Shown here: piece after piece, positions 11,790 through 23,790 of the stretch
Numbering within the stretch: the first letter of the stretch is position 1
Layout: each line of letters starts with the position of its first letter
From: Octopus sinensis
Lineage: Eukaryota
Assembly: GCF_006345805.1 (NCBI RefSeq)
Contig: NW_021835879.1
Coordinates: 1 to 54,494 of the forward strand
Length of the DNA stretch: 54,494 bases
Direction of reading: 5' to 3'
The notes under the pieces: generated by a model
Databases searched by the model: none
Told to the model about the DNA's origin: nothing
The model's input: only the letters and a program-made list of their open reading frames with translations
Program-made: the position numbers and the translations under genes

Positions 11790-13070
11790 ATCTGACTTCT
11801 TCTTCTCCTTCTCCTTCTCCTTCTTCTTCTTCTTCTTCTTCTTCTTCTTCTTCTTTCTTCTTCTTCTTCTTCTTCTTCTTCTTCTCCTCCTCCTTCTCCT
11901 CCTCCTCCTCCTTCTTCTTCTTCTTCTTCTTCTTCTTCTTTTTCTTCTTCTTCTTCTTTTTCTTCTTCTTCTCCTCCTCCTCCTCCTTCTTCTTCTTGTT
12001 CTTCTTGTTCTTGTTCTTGTTCTTCTTTTTCTTCTTCTTGTTCTTGTTCTTGTTCTTGTTCTTCTCTTCTTGTTCTTCTCCTTCTTCTTCTTCTCCTTCT
12101 TCTTCTTCTTCTCCTTCTCCTTCTCCTTCTCCTTCTTCTCCTTCTTCTTCTTCTTCTTCTTCTTCTTCTTTTCTTCTCCTTCTCCTTCTTCTTCTTCTTC
12201 TTCTTCTTCTTCTCCTTCTCCTTCTTCTTCTTCTTCTTGTTCTTGTTCTTGTTCTTCTTCTCTTCTTGTTCTTGTGCTTCTCCTTCTTCTCCTCTTCTCC
12301 TTCTTCCTCTTCTTCTTCTTCTTCTTCTCCTTCTCCTTCTCCTTCTTCTTCTCCTTCTTCTTCTTCTTCTTCTTCTTGTTCTTCTTCTCCTTCTTCTTCT
12401 TCTTCTTCTTGTTCTTCTTCTCTTCTTGTTCTTCTCCTCCTTCTTCTCCATCTTCTCCTTCTTTTTCTTCTTCTTCTTCTTCCCTCCTTCTTCTCCTCCT
12501 CCTCCTCCTCCTCTTTCTTCTCCTTCTTCTTCTTTTTCTTCTTCTCCTCCTCCTCCTCCTCCTTCTTCTTCTTGTTCTTCTTGTTCTTGTTCTTCTTTTT
12601 CTTGTTCTTCTTTTTCTTCTTGTTCTTGTTCTTCTTCTCCTTCTTCTCTTCTTCTTCTTCTCCTTCTTCTCCTTCTTCTCCTTCTTCTTCTTCTTCTTCT
12701 CCTTCTCCTTCTCCTTCTCCTTCTTCTCCTTCTTCTCCTTCTTCTTCTTCTCCTTCTTCTTCTTCTCCTTCTCTTCTTGTTCTTGTTCTTGTTATTGTTC
12801 TTCTTCTTCTCCTTCTTCTCCTTCTTCTTCTCCTTCTTCTTCTTCTTCTTCTGCTTCTCCTTCTCCTTCCTTCTTCTTCTTCTTCTTCTTCCTTCTTCTT
12901 CTTGTTCTTCTTCTTCTTCTTCTCTTCTTGTTGTTCTCCTCCTTCTTCTCCTCCTCCTCCTTCTTCTTGTTCTTCTTGTTCTTGTTCTTGTTCTTGTTCT
13001 TTTTCTTCTTGTTCTTTTTCTTCTTCTTCTCCTCCTCCTCCTTCTCCTCTTCTTCCTCTTCTTCTTCTTG
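11790..13070. repeat. ~1.28-kb degenerate (CTT)n/(GAA)n polypyrimidine-polypurine tract
   Basis: Plus strand is almost only C/T with interspersed TTG triplets. The 222-454 aa ORFs here are artefacts. Confidence 0.97.
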
Positions 13071-13438
13071 CTAGGCGCAATATAAAACTATAAAGGAAAA
13101 TTTCAATCGTCACGAAATGTGACTGAGGGTGCCAAAGCACCTACATTCTTAGAAACAAGTGTTAAGAACTCTTAATGTTGTAAGAAGAGCGCAATATATA
13201 TACACGGACAGGGGAGGTAAGCCTCCCGTGACAGTCCCTAGTATCACAAGAACAGACTAGTGTCGCCTGTTCTGTAGGCATCATCAGTAGTGACTCCCCA
13301 AATGGTCTACATCAGTGTTTCTAAACTTTTTCACCCTTGCGTAACACTTAAAATAAATTGCATGTCTCAAGGAACCCCTGCACGCAAAACTTATATACCA
13401 TATTTTCCTCATATTTTTCATTGTAATTCACGTGGTAA

Positions 13439-13473
<35 letters not shown>

Positions 13474-13929
13474 CTATACATATATATATATATTTATATA
13501 TATATGTATATATATATATATGTATATATATGTACATATATATATGTATATATATGTACATATATATGTATATATATGTATATAGATAAGAAAGTTTGTT
13601 TGGTAAAGCACGTGGGTGAATTATAAGAAAATAGTAAAGTGTGAAAAAACGACAGAAGGCTTAAATGTTAAAAAATATATATATTTGTGTCAAAATGTCT
13701 GGAGAATATTGGAAAAATTTTTTTCCTTTCCTAAAAGACATAATTTAAAATTTTTAAAGAAATTACCGGTTTCGCGTGTAGTTTCAAATTTCTTGTGACG
13801 CTATGTTTATATTGCATGGAATTATCGTTGTTTTTATTTCCAGGAGATTTCTAAATAAGGGGAGGTAGTGAGTGATTTTTTCCGGTGTAGGGAGATAATC
13901 GCTTAAAAAATTTTTTTCCCATTTCCTTG

Positions 13930-14880
13930 TTAATTTCTCTGTGTCAGTATGTTCGGATGGTTGAGTCTGGGTTTGTACTTTTCAATGAAGAATGTTTCCT
14001 TGTTCAGTCTCATTTGTGTTGATGATCCGAAAGCACATTGGTAAAATGGGAAGATTAAAAAATTGTGGCATTAGTTGCTTTGCGCATTCTCAATGTGCTC
14101 ACTAAAAGGTATCATTCTATATTCTGGGAATGCAATCTGTTGTCGATGCAGTGTGCATCTGCGCCTGAGTGATAGTCCCGTGGAACCCACGTAGTCTTGG
14201 TGGCAGCCGAGCATTTAATAACATAAATTTGTTTTCAGAGGCACAAGTAAAGTTAGATTTGATCTTAAATTTCTGTCCCTCTTTAAGAAGAATTCTGATC
14301 CTTCCAATAGGTGTAGGACATGTTGACAGTTCGATCTACCACATTTTTTTACTTTTGCATCCGTAATTTTAGAAGACATTTTGCCTTTGTGAGAATCTTT
14401 TTAAGTGATTAGGCTGTTTGTAGCTTTAATGATTTGGTGTATGTTTAGAATTTCCTTTAATTTTGGGTTTTTATGAAGTATTGTTGGTAAATTCTGGGTG
14501 ATGATGGTGAAGGCTTCTTTGTTTCTGGGGTTGTATGTAGATATGTAAGGTAGTATTTTCGGGGAAGGTGTGTTGTTGTGTTGAACTTTTCTTAAAGTTT
14601 CTATGTTGATTTCTGTTGCACGTCTGATCCCATCCTCTATGAGTTGAGCTGGGTAATGTCTGTCAATTAGGGGGTTTTGAGTTCTTGCAGTCTAAAGTTC
14701 CTGGTATTTGTTCTGACACTATTGTGCATATCCTTCTTGCAAGTTGAAGGGGATGTTTGTTTTAGTGTGTCTTGGGTGGCATGAATTAAAAAGAGGGTAT
14801 GTTTGGAGGTCGTGCTGTGGCTTTGTAAAAAATGTCTGTTCTATTTTAAGGTTAATTTTTAATTAGTATATCCATATTAG
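13930..14880 (-). mobile_element. Penelope-like retroelement remnant (RT C-terminus, linker and GIY-YIG endonuclease), 5'-truncated and frameshifted
   Basis: Minus-strand translation across frameshifts: NSCHPRHTKTNIPFNLARRICTIVSE, LPYISTYNPRNKEAFTII, FKIKSNFTCASEN/IYVIKC/CHQDYVGSTGLSLRRRCTLHRQQI, RLNKETFFIEKYKPRLN. Confidence 0.92.
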
Positions 14881-15004
14881 TATATATAAATATATATACG
14901 AAATATACATATATATATATATATGTATATATCTATATATATATATATATATATTATATATTTATTAGTGAATGGAAGAAATGGAGTTGAACGAAGATTG
15001 TACA

Positions 15005-15115
15005 GAATTCCTTTATTACATTCTACACATGTTTCAAAGGCCACAAATTTCCAAATTCAGATTAAATAAGGGTACCATATTGTGGCTTTCTCTTCAGGAA
15101 GAAACAGGAATTCCG
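15005..15115 (-). ncRNA. Type I hammerhead ribozyme motif with intact core, in a probable Penelope pLTR upstream of the ORF remnant
   Basis: Minus strand: TTC-CTGAAGA-GAAAGCCACAA...TTGTGGCCTTT-GAAA-CATGTGT-A-GAA. Stem II has 10 of 11 pairs, the triplet is GUA (cleavage after 15024), and there is distal GAATTCCT/AGGAATTC pairing. Confidence 0.78.
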
Positions 15116-15209
15116 TTGACAGAACGGTTAAACTTTTGAATAATCTGTAACAAGAAAATTCATCTTTCTATTTCAACAAATATATATATATGCATGTATG
15201 TATGTATGT

Positions 15210-15600
15210 ATATATGCATATATGGGTACAAGACGTCACCAAGAGTAAACAACATGAAATATGTAAACAATGAGAAAAATTGGAAAACAGGACAAGTAAA
15301 CTCAGAGAAAGGATCCTTCACCAGTTGTCGGCTGTCTATCTACTCTTCATTTCGAGCATTCAACGACAAAATGAGTCTTTAAAGACAGTTGCTCCCATAA
15401 ATTCTGAAACGAAATTTAGGATTTATGGAAGTTCAAAGATGGGAACAAAAACATGACAGGGGAGACATGCAAGGAAACCGAACGGAAACAAACATCGATG
15501 CTTGTTAAACCGGAACGGGAAGAAAATAGTGAACACCGTGAAGAACATTTTTGTTTTTTGAAAAGGAATGATAGAAGAGAGAAAAAAACGTTCTTTTTAA
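15210..15600 (-). repeat. Interspersed repeat relic, possibly Penelope pLTR-like
   Basis: Flanked by TA/GTAT repeats; contains a degenerate ...GCTCGAAAT motif resembling the hammerhead 3' half at 50593-50627. Confidence 0.4.
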
Positions 15601-15853
15601 CGTCCGTGTAGGAAAAGAAAGATGGTCACGTGAGGAAAAGAAAGATGTATGATGGTCACGTGTGAGCAAAAGAGAGAGAGAGAGAGAGAGGAGAGAGAGA
15701 TAGAAAACGGTGAAATAGGGGGGGGGAGAAAAAGGGAATTAGAGAAGGATGGAGGAAGAAAATAGTATAGAGAAGAGAATCGCATCAAAAAGGTGAAGAT
15801 AAACTGACTTGGAAATGGATGCATCGCGTTCAATTAAATAACAAATGGTAAAT

Positions 15854-15895
<42 letters not shown>

Positions 15896-16024
15896 TATAC
15901 ATACGGTGCCCATAAATCACAGACACCACTAAATATATCCTCAATGGTTGTTATATTTTGTTTTTGATGACATAATAGGTTAGGTGGGATGATGTCTATA
16001 TTACGATCACGAAATTTACATTAG

Positions 16025-16110
16025 CTAATCTTTTCCGCGCGGAACCCCTAGGAACCTTTTGCGGAACCCTAATGTTCCGGGGAACTCGGGAACTCCGGCT
16101 GAGAAACTCA
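16025..16110. mobile_element. Possible hAT-type subterminal repeat fragment
   Basis: Repeated GCGGAACCC/GGAACTC motifs (ccgcgcggaacccctaggaacc...gcggaaccc) ending gagaaactcag. Confidence 0.35.
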
Positions 16111-16254
16111 GGTCTCGAGTGTGCCCACGTGTGTGTGTGTGTGTCTGTGTGTGTATGTGTGTAAAGAGATCAAAGGTTTTTCGAGTCATAGGCTCCTAAA
16201 GTCGGTTTTCCGGATACTGTGACGTAGATATTCCCTGCACCGAGCGCCGGGTCC

Positions 16255-16600
16255 GTCGCAGAATCAATCATTTTTACTTGCTTAGTAGAATGGAGCAGCG
16301 TTAAGTGATTTGTTCTGCTCAAGAATAAAATACATCGCCTGTTCCATCCTGCAAATGTGTCCCTCTCAGCGCAGTTGTGTTGAGGTACTAAGGCTACCCC
16401 ACTAACTGTAGCAGCGCGGTGTAGGACCTCTATATCAGCAATGCGATCCCGTCATCTGATATGCATGACGGAGCGCATTTTATGAAGGTGGACTCGCGCC
16501 AGGGCCTTGATGTGCCTGCTGTAGACGGTCATGCATTGAGTGACGCAGAGGAGCCAGGGAGTATTGCGGCACTGTAAACCTTTATCTTCGTATTTATTTT
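16255..16600 (-). mobile_element. RTE (BovB-like) LINE fragment, post-RT C-terminal region
   Basis: Minus strand: KIKVYSAAILP...TVYSRHIKALARVHLHKMRSVMHIR*RDRIADIEVLHRAA...QLR*EGHICRM. This parallels the RTE motifs TVYxRH, IxWQDxIxxxEVL and QLRWxGHVxRM. Confidence 0.8.
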
Positions 16601-17289
16601 TATACAACTTACCAGAATATACGATGATACAATATGATATAATAAATATTGATAAAATCTTATCATAAAAAGATATAACGGGAAAGCATAACTGATTAAT
16701 TTCATATTTATTTTAGACGTTTTTATACAGATAATTTGTTTTGTTTTTATTATATATTTGTTAACTATCTTGTTGAATGTCATTTCAAACGCCTAGAAAC
16801 ATAATGACTGCCACCACTTCCTAGGAATCCCACGCTTTCTCAACTCTCAATCACATAGGGTAATTGTAGTTTAGCTCTCGAGCAACTTCGTTCGTGTAGA
16901 GCTGAGGTCGTGAGTGTTACGTTTGCGGGAAGTGTTATAATAGGCAACGGTGGGAAAGATGGCAGCTTTGAAAGTCTTAAATGCAGAGCCTTCCGAAAAA
17001 GAAATAGGAATGTTGGAAATATGCATTTTCGTTCACTATACATTATTATATACATACGTAGGTAAGTACATTTTATGATAAGATTTATTTATATTTATTA
17101 TATTGTATCATATTTTATTCTGATAGGTTGTATGATAGCAAACATGAGATATGATCTGAATATATTTATTTCACCAGTTGCTATCCATAAGATGTCGATC
17201 GTCTCGCAGCCAACGTCATAGGAAAATAATTCATTATAGAACTTATTGAGTTAATTTGGATGTCTACACTAGTGTATGTGCTCTACATA

Positions 17290-17680
17290 GTACTGGATGG
17301 AAGCACTCCGTCGGTTCCGACGACGAGGGTTCCGGTTGATCCGATGAACGGAACAGCCTGCTCGTGAAATTAACGTGTAGGTGGCTGAGCACTCCACAGA
17401 CACGTGTACCCTTAACGTAGTTCTCGGGGATATTCAACGTGACACAGAGAGTGACAAGGCCGGCCCCTTGAAATACAGGTACAACAGAAACAGGAAGTAA
17501 GAGAAAGTTGTGGTGAAAGAGTACAGCAGGGATCACCACCATCCCCTGCCGGAGCCTCGTGGAGCTTTTAGGTGTTTTCGCTCAATAAACACTCACAACG
17601 CCCGGTCTGGGAATCGAAACCGCGATCCTACGACTGCGAGTCCGCTGCCCTAACCACTGGGCCATTGCGCCTCCACACAT
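17290..17680 (-). mobile_element. tRNA-derived SINE family C, full-length
   Basis: Minus-strand tRNA-like head GGCGCAATGGCCCAGTGGTTAGGGCAGCGG...GGTTTCGATTCC (A and B boxes) followed by a ~300-bp body ending GGAACCCTCGTCGTCGGAACCGACGGAGTG. Homologous copy at 22850-23120. Confidence 0.88.
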
Positions 17681-17954
17681 AGTACTATTGTACTGTTGAC
17701 AAACTAATGCAGTTATATATGGGTTAGCTTTCTATACCTGCACTTGTTTATATGCAGTTTGTAACATGCACACAAAGGCAGACATGTCAACTCTGAACTG
17801 CACCGCACTGCTGAATTCCAGATCTGAAATGTTCAGGTGTGTGTTTGAGTGTTTTTATACGTCGGCGAATTTGTGTGTGTGTCTCCGTGTCAGTATTTGT
17901 CACCCCACACCCCATCACCGCTTGAAAATGAGTGTTGATGAGGTTACGATGTTA

Positions 17955-18130
17955 TAACTCATCGGTTCGACAAAAGAAAACGATTACAAGATTTTAAAAA
18001 AGAGTCACAAACAGAAGCATTGCGGTTCGATGTGTTCGACTGAAACCGCCAAGATGCTGCTCCAGTTTGGCCGAAGATTAATGACTGAAACAAGTAAAAG
18101 ATAAAAGATAAAGATTAAAGATTAAAGCTC
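17955..18130 (+). mobile_element. SINE family B, 3' portion with (GATAAA)n-type tail
   Basis: cggttcgacaaaag...ctccagtttggccg...atgactgaaacaagtaaaagataaaagataaag. Confidence 0.7.
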
Positions 18131-18254
18131 ATTACCGATAAGAAACAAATTCCTTTACTCACTTAATAGGCTACACCGAATTGAACATTTCCCTACACCG
18201 TTTCTGCATATGGAACATGGCGAAAGGATTAAGGGTCCTGAAAGGATTAAGGGT

Positions 18255-18500
18255 CCTGTCTGATTTATTGCTCTCTAAGAACCTTGGTCTTTGAGAAGTT
18301 TACTCTCGGACACTTTGATTCCACGTTCTGTTTCCGTACCCGGAATTTCTTTTTTGATTCTGGTACAGCTAACAAATCTGTAAAAGATCTGAACTAAAAG
18401 ACTAAGACGCTTTGACCAATCCTTTGTCCACTCGATGGAAACAACGCCATCAATTTCGTCCAGCAATCCTCCGTTTCTGCTGCACTCTCACCTTATGTTG
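18255..18500 (-). mobile_element. LINE (RTE-like) reverse transcriptase fragment
   Basis: Minus strand AVPESKKKFRVRKQNVESKCPRVNFSKTKVL resembles RT domain 6 (EKKFxxWKxxLESKGLRVNxxKTKVL). Confidence 0.65.
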
Positions 18501-19119
18501 CTTCAATATCCTGCTTCACTCTTTCATTGATGAAATATTAAAATCATGGCTGAAATCTTAAACGAAAACAAAAAAGAATGATTATTTTGCTGTATCGAGA
18601 GATCCTAAATATTGTTACTTATGTATCGCATATATATCCACACCGAGTATTTATTATAAATATTTATTTATTTATTCATTGGTTTCTTCATTTATTCAGA
18701 GTCTCGTGATATACATCTTTTATTAAAACAAGATTTTATCGCTATGGAAACAGCGAAGGAGTGTGGCTTATGAAAGTAATATAAGCCCCTATCACAATCA
18801 TCTCTCAACTACTGAAGTTATATAAACCATACAATTATATAAACATGGGAAGATTAAAAAGAAATAAAAAGAAAACGAAAAAGAGAAACGGAAGAATTCT
18901 ATAAAATATTGAAAATGATAAGAATAACTTTCTTTGTATCGTGTTATAATTGTACCCCCCACCCCCACATACGCACACATAAAGCGCAAACATACATAAA
19001 CACACTCATGTACGCGTACAGATACGCATATGTGTGTGTGAGTGTGTGTTCGCGTGTGCATATGTGTGTGTATGCGTGTGAGTGTATATATATATAAATA
19101 GTTAAACAGTGAGACAGAC

Positions 19120-19187
19120 AGACAGACATACATACATATAGATAGATAGACATATATATAGATAGATAGACACACATATATATAGAC

Positions 19188-19237
<50 letters not shown>

Positions 19238-19238
19238 T

Positions 19239-19303
<65 letters not shown>

Positions 19304-19330
19304 TGGTAGACAAACAAATATAGATATTGG
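19120..19330. repeat. (GATA)n microsatellite
   Basis: Direct reading. Confidence 0.97.
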
Positions 19331-19786
19331 TACACAGAAAGATTAATAGATAGATTGATATATATGTATGTATGCATGTGTGTGTGTGTGTGTGTGTGCG
19401 CGTGTGTGTGTGTGAAGAAAAACACACATAGGTATGCATTTACATATTTATCTATATACTAACGCACACATTTGTGTGAGTGTATATAAAGATAGAAAGC
19501 AACTTAACTATGTGTATAACCTGATGCACACACATGAATATGTCCTCAGCGCGTGCGTAGTGCGTGGCGTGGCCATAATACGTAGCGTGGTCGTATGTGT
19601 AGATATGATGAAGATATGAAAAGAAGAAAAACTCCGATGATATTTATGGTATAAATATTATCTAAACTGTAAAGTATATTATGTGATATCGTCTTATTGC
19701 TATCGTTTATTTTCTAAACCGATTAATTATCCATTGCGAGTATATGTTTTTGACGATATATATATATATATATATATTATATAATT

Positions 19787-19867
<81 letters not shown>

Positions 19868-19894
19868 ATATATATATAATTATACATATATTTT

Positions 19895-20320
19895 TTACTC
19901 TTTCACTCTTTTACTTGTTACAGTCATTTGACTGCGGCCACTGGAGCACCGCCTTTTAGTCGAGCAAATCGACCCCAGAACTTATTCTTTGTAAGCCCAG
20001 TACTTATTCTATCGGTCTCCTTTGCCGAACCACTAAATGACGGTGACGTAAACACACCAGCATCAGTTGTCAAGCAATGCTAGAAGGACAAAAACAGACA
20101 CACAAACATATCCACACACACACACACATATATATATATATACACACACATATACGACATGCTTCTTTCAGTTTCCGTCTACCAAATCCACTCATAAGGC
20201 ATTGGTCGGCCCGGAGCTATAGCAGAAGACATTTGCCCAAGATTCCACGCAGTGGGACTGAACCCGGAACCATGTGGTTGGTAAGCAAACTACTTACCAC
20301 ACAGCCACTCCTGCGCCTTA
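19895..20320 (-). mobile_element. SINE family B, full-length with internal (CA)/(TA) tract
   Basis: Reverse complement of head (aggcgcaggagtggctgtgtggtaagtag...gggttcagtcccactgcgtgg), body and (GAGTAAAA)-type tail. Confidence 0.92.
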
Positions 20321-20327
20321 TATATTA

Positions 20328-20364
<37 letters not shown>

Positions 20365-20443
20365 TCTATAATATATATGATATATATATATCTATATATA
20401 TTATTATATATATATATATTAGATATATATATATATATATAAT

Positions 20444-20477
<34 letters not shown>

Positions 20478-20957
20478 ATGATATATACATACTTGTTGAC
20501 GTCGTTGTCGTCATGCTACAGCTGTGTCGTTTACAGAAATCGTTTCATAAATGATGATACGCATCAGCAGAAAATTGTGTGCCTCAGTTTCTGTAGATGT
20601 GTTTGCTTGATTGCTTTTAGTTTTAGCTCCAAGTTAGCACTGATGAAGCAGGCATGGAATCGAAAGCATTTCGGTCATGAAATATTTATTTATTTATTTA
20701 TTCATTCATTTATTCATTTTATATGTAATGTATCTAGAGCTATATAATCCAATGTGCACGTTGTTTTGAAGAGGGACGTTTGACTTCTATTTCTAACAAG
20801 CTGAGTAACCCTGTAGAGGCTTCCTTCCTGGTTCTTTTCAGTAGGAAATATATATTTGTATTAACTTAATAGGATTGATTTGCTCGTTAAAATTGACGAA
20901 ATGTTGTTTAATTATGCAGCACCTTTTTTTTTCTTTTTGTTTCATTTACAAAACCTA

Positions 20958-21115
20958 TGTCTGATACAAGTGTCTGATACAGATCTGACTGATACAGCTT
21001 TGTCTGATACAGCTTTTTCTGATACAGCTCTGTCTGATACAGGTGTCTGATACAGGTCTGTCTGATACAGCTTTGTCTGATATAGCTTTGTCTGATACAG
21101 TTTTATCTGATACAA
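20958..21115. repeat. Minisatellite: 11 copies of a CTGATAC core with 13/15-bp spacing, organised as 2 x 73-bp higher-order units
   Basis: Cores at 20961, 20974, 20989, 21004, 21019, 21034, 21047, 21062, 21077, 21092 and 21107. Confidence 0.93.
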
Positions 21116-21704
21116 TGCTTAATCGGGAACCGAGGTTATCGTTTCCAACGACGAGTAATGGAAGGAGAAAACGAAGAAAAGAGAGAAGAAAGTGGACAAG
21201 AAGAAGTAGAAGGAGGAAGAAAAGAAAAGAAGGAAAGAAAAAAAAGAAAGAAGAAGAAGAAGAAGAAGAAGAAGAAGAAGAAGAAGAAGAAGAAGAAGAA
21301 GAAGAAGAAGAGAAGAAGAAGAACAACAACAACAACAACAACGACGACGACGACGATGACAACGATGTCAAAGACGACGGCAATAAGGACAACAATAGCA
21401 ACCACAACAGCTGCAAGAACAACGGTGAAAGGAAGAAGAAAAAGAATTGGAAGAAAAAAGGGAAGAAGAAAGAAGGAAGAGAAAGAAGAGAAATATGAAG
21501 GGCGACGACTACGACGAGGGGGAGTAGGAGGAGGAGGATGATCTCAGAGTAGGAGTTGATGGATGATCTTGTCTTTCTCTTTTAAAAGCCATCAATTTGA
21601 TGTGGTTAGTTCACAGTTTGAAAGTCTGTGGATTGTATTGTGATCAGTTGTAGATGCTGACATCAGATATTAATGTTATTCTGTGGTTATTAGCTTCAAC
21701 GCAA

Positions 21705-21798
21705 TGAAAGTGGCGACCTGGTAGAATCGTTAACCAGGAACTTGGACAAACAAAAGTCTTAACAGAATTTTGTCCCCCGCTTCTTTTTCTGTTTCTTC

Positions 21799-21853
<55 letters not shown>

Positions 21854-22500
21854 TGTACATTCGGCGTTCAAATTCAACCAAGTTCCACTTTGCTTTTCAT
21901 CTCTTTCGGGGTCGATAAAATAGTTACAAGCTGAACACTTTAGACAATGTCTGCGACTATCCCGTTCCTCCCTTAAAACTTCTGTCCTTAGGTAAATAGC
22001 AGAAAAAGTTATTTCAAGGTAATTGAAAGAGATAAGCAAGCTTAATCGATTGACGATCGATTAAGAAATATATGCGTTATGTCTTTTTTTCCGGCTCTTT
22101 GCGATCTGTGTTCGAATCCTGAGGAGGCCAACTTTGACATTTATCCCTTTCGGTAGGATCGATAAAAGAAACTATTAATCCTGTCAAGTACTGAAATCAA
22201 TGATATCAGCTGACATCGTCCCCTCATATTTACTGGCCTTGAGTCTAAATGCCGAAATCAAAAACCATTAAGCAAACTGACAGAATCGTTAGCAGAGAAG
22301 ATGCTTAGTGGAGAAAACGCCGGAGAAAATGCTTAGTGGCTCATCTTCCGGCTGTACATTCTGAGTTCAAAGCCCACCGAGGTTGAATTCGTTCTTTATC
22401 CTTTCGGGGTAGCTGAAGTAAGAACCAGCCGAATACTGGGTCGACGGATTCGACTGCTCCTCTTACCCCAGATTTCATATCTTGTGCCTAAAGTAAAAAG
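21705..22500 (+). mobile_element. Three diverged SINE family A copies (~21705-21965 interrupted by (TGTC)/(TC)n, ~22095-22260, ~22270-22500)
   Basis: Repeated tggtagaatcgtta / cagaatcgttagc heads, gttcaaattc / gagttcaaagccc B-boxes and ctttcggggtcgata cores. Confidence 0.75.
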
Positions 22501-22849
22501 ACTTGTTATAAGCAAACTTAAGCCGGCGGGAAGCTGGCATAAACGTAAAAGTGGATGTCGTGTTAGAACACAGAATACTCCGTTATTCACTCCGAGGGAA
22601 CCTCTCATATGCACCTGTGGTGCATAGAAGCACTCTAATTAATATCGCTAGCAGGAGATAATGGCAATTTTCACGCACGACGTTCTGGTCCACCAAAGGA
22701 TGTCGTAGATTATTCTTCCACATGGTGGTGCAAAACGGGTTCGAACCAGAGACGACATGAGCGAACCGATTAACCAAATCTGCTTGTATTCACATGAAAT
22801 ATTCATAAACATATTTGTTTGTCTCTCTTTCTGTCTTTAGTTATACATA

Positions 22850-23120
22850 TGCACGTTTGCCTTTTTCACGTTCGTGCAGGCGGTGCGCTGTGTCTTTGAG
22901 CAAGACACCTTATTTCATGCTGCTTGCAGTCCGCTCTGCTGGCAAAAATGAGTTGCACCCCTATTTCAAAGGGCAGGGCTTTGTCACTCTGAACCTCGCC
23001 GAGAACTACTTTACGGGTACGCGTGTATGAGGAGGGCTCTTGCACGTTGATTTCACGAATAGGGTGTTCTGTTCATCGGATCAAAAGGAACCCTCGTCGT
23101 AGTAACCGACGGAGTACCAG
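22850..23120 (+). mobile_element. SINE family C, diverged copy
   Basis: tttcaaagggcagggctttgtcactctg...gagaactac...cggatcaaaaggaaccctcgtcgtagtaaccgacggagt matches the reverse of 17290-17480. Confidence 0.8.
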
Positions 23121-23347
23121 TTTTATATATTAGCCTGTCAGAAGCCCGAGGAACTTTAAGAGGCATAGAGCCAAATCGAACTGTTTTAAGTAATAATTTA
23201 TGTAATCCCTACGAAATGTGTTGAGTGCCTTCACTAGCATATCATATATACATACACATGCATACATATATATATATATGTATGTATATAGACACACACA
23301 CACATATATATTATCTCTCTCTCTCTCTATATAATATATATATATAT

Positions 23348-23421
<74 letters not shown>

Positions 23422-23474
23422 GTTTAAATATTTGTTGTGCAAGATTTTTTATGTGAAGTCGTTGTTTGAAACAG

Positions 23475-23790
23475 ATATTGTTATATTTCGGAATGGTCAT
23501 ATTGCCAGTTTAGCCAAAAAAAACACACGCACTATATATTTGGTGTTATTTTTGCTTCAGTGATATTTATTTTTTACATTAATCTTAATCTTATTTAAGG
23601 AGAGACACAAGTAAGTGAGAAGAAAACAAAGGACCACTGATGCGGTCACAGGAGTGTGACGAAAGAACTTTGGCCGAAATAAGATTAAGATTAATGTAAA
23701 AAATAAATATCACTGAAGCAAAAATAACACCAAATATATAGTGCGTATGTTTTTATTGGCTAAACTGGCAATATGACCATTCCGAAATAT

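Noticed and set aside
11776-13140. 454-aa, 365-aa and 334-aa ORFs (poly-E/K/R and poly-S/F/L)
   Set aside because: Translations of a (GAA)n tract that is open in most frames; no splice context or domain.
16439-16481. Hairpin (AATGCGATCCCGTCAT / ATGACGGAGCGCATT) as a pre-miRNA
   Set aside because: Only ~40 nt long and inside the RTE coding remnant.
17600-17680. tRNA gene
   Set aside because: The acceptor stem is not closed and the sequence continues into a repeat body shared with 22850-23120, so it is a SINE head.
18222-18258. 18-bp direct duplication as a target-site duplication
   Set aside because: The copies are adjacent with nothing between them; a simple tandem duplication.
20636-20680. 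CTGATGA...GAAA hammerhead
   Set aside because: No pairing for stem II or stem I.
21043-21498. 151-aa ORF with SDTAL repeats
   Set aside because: Formed by the minisatellite plus (GAA)(AAC)(GAC) tracts; 13-bp units break the frame upstream.
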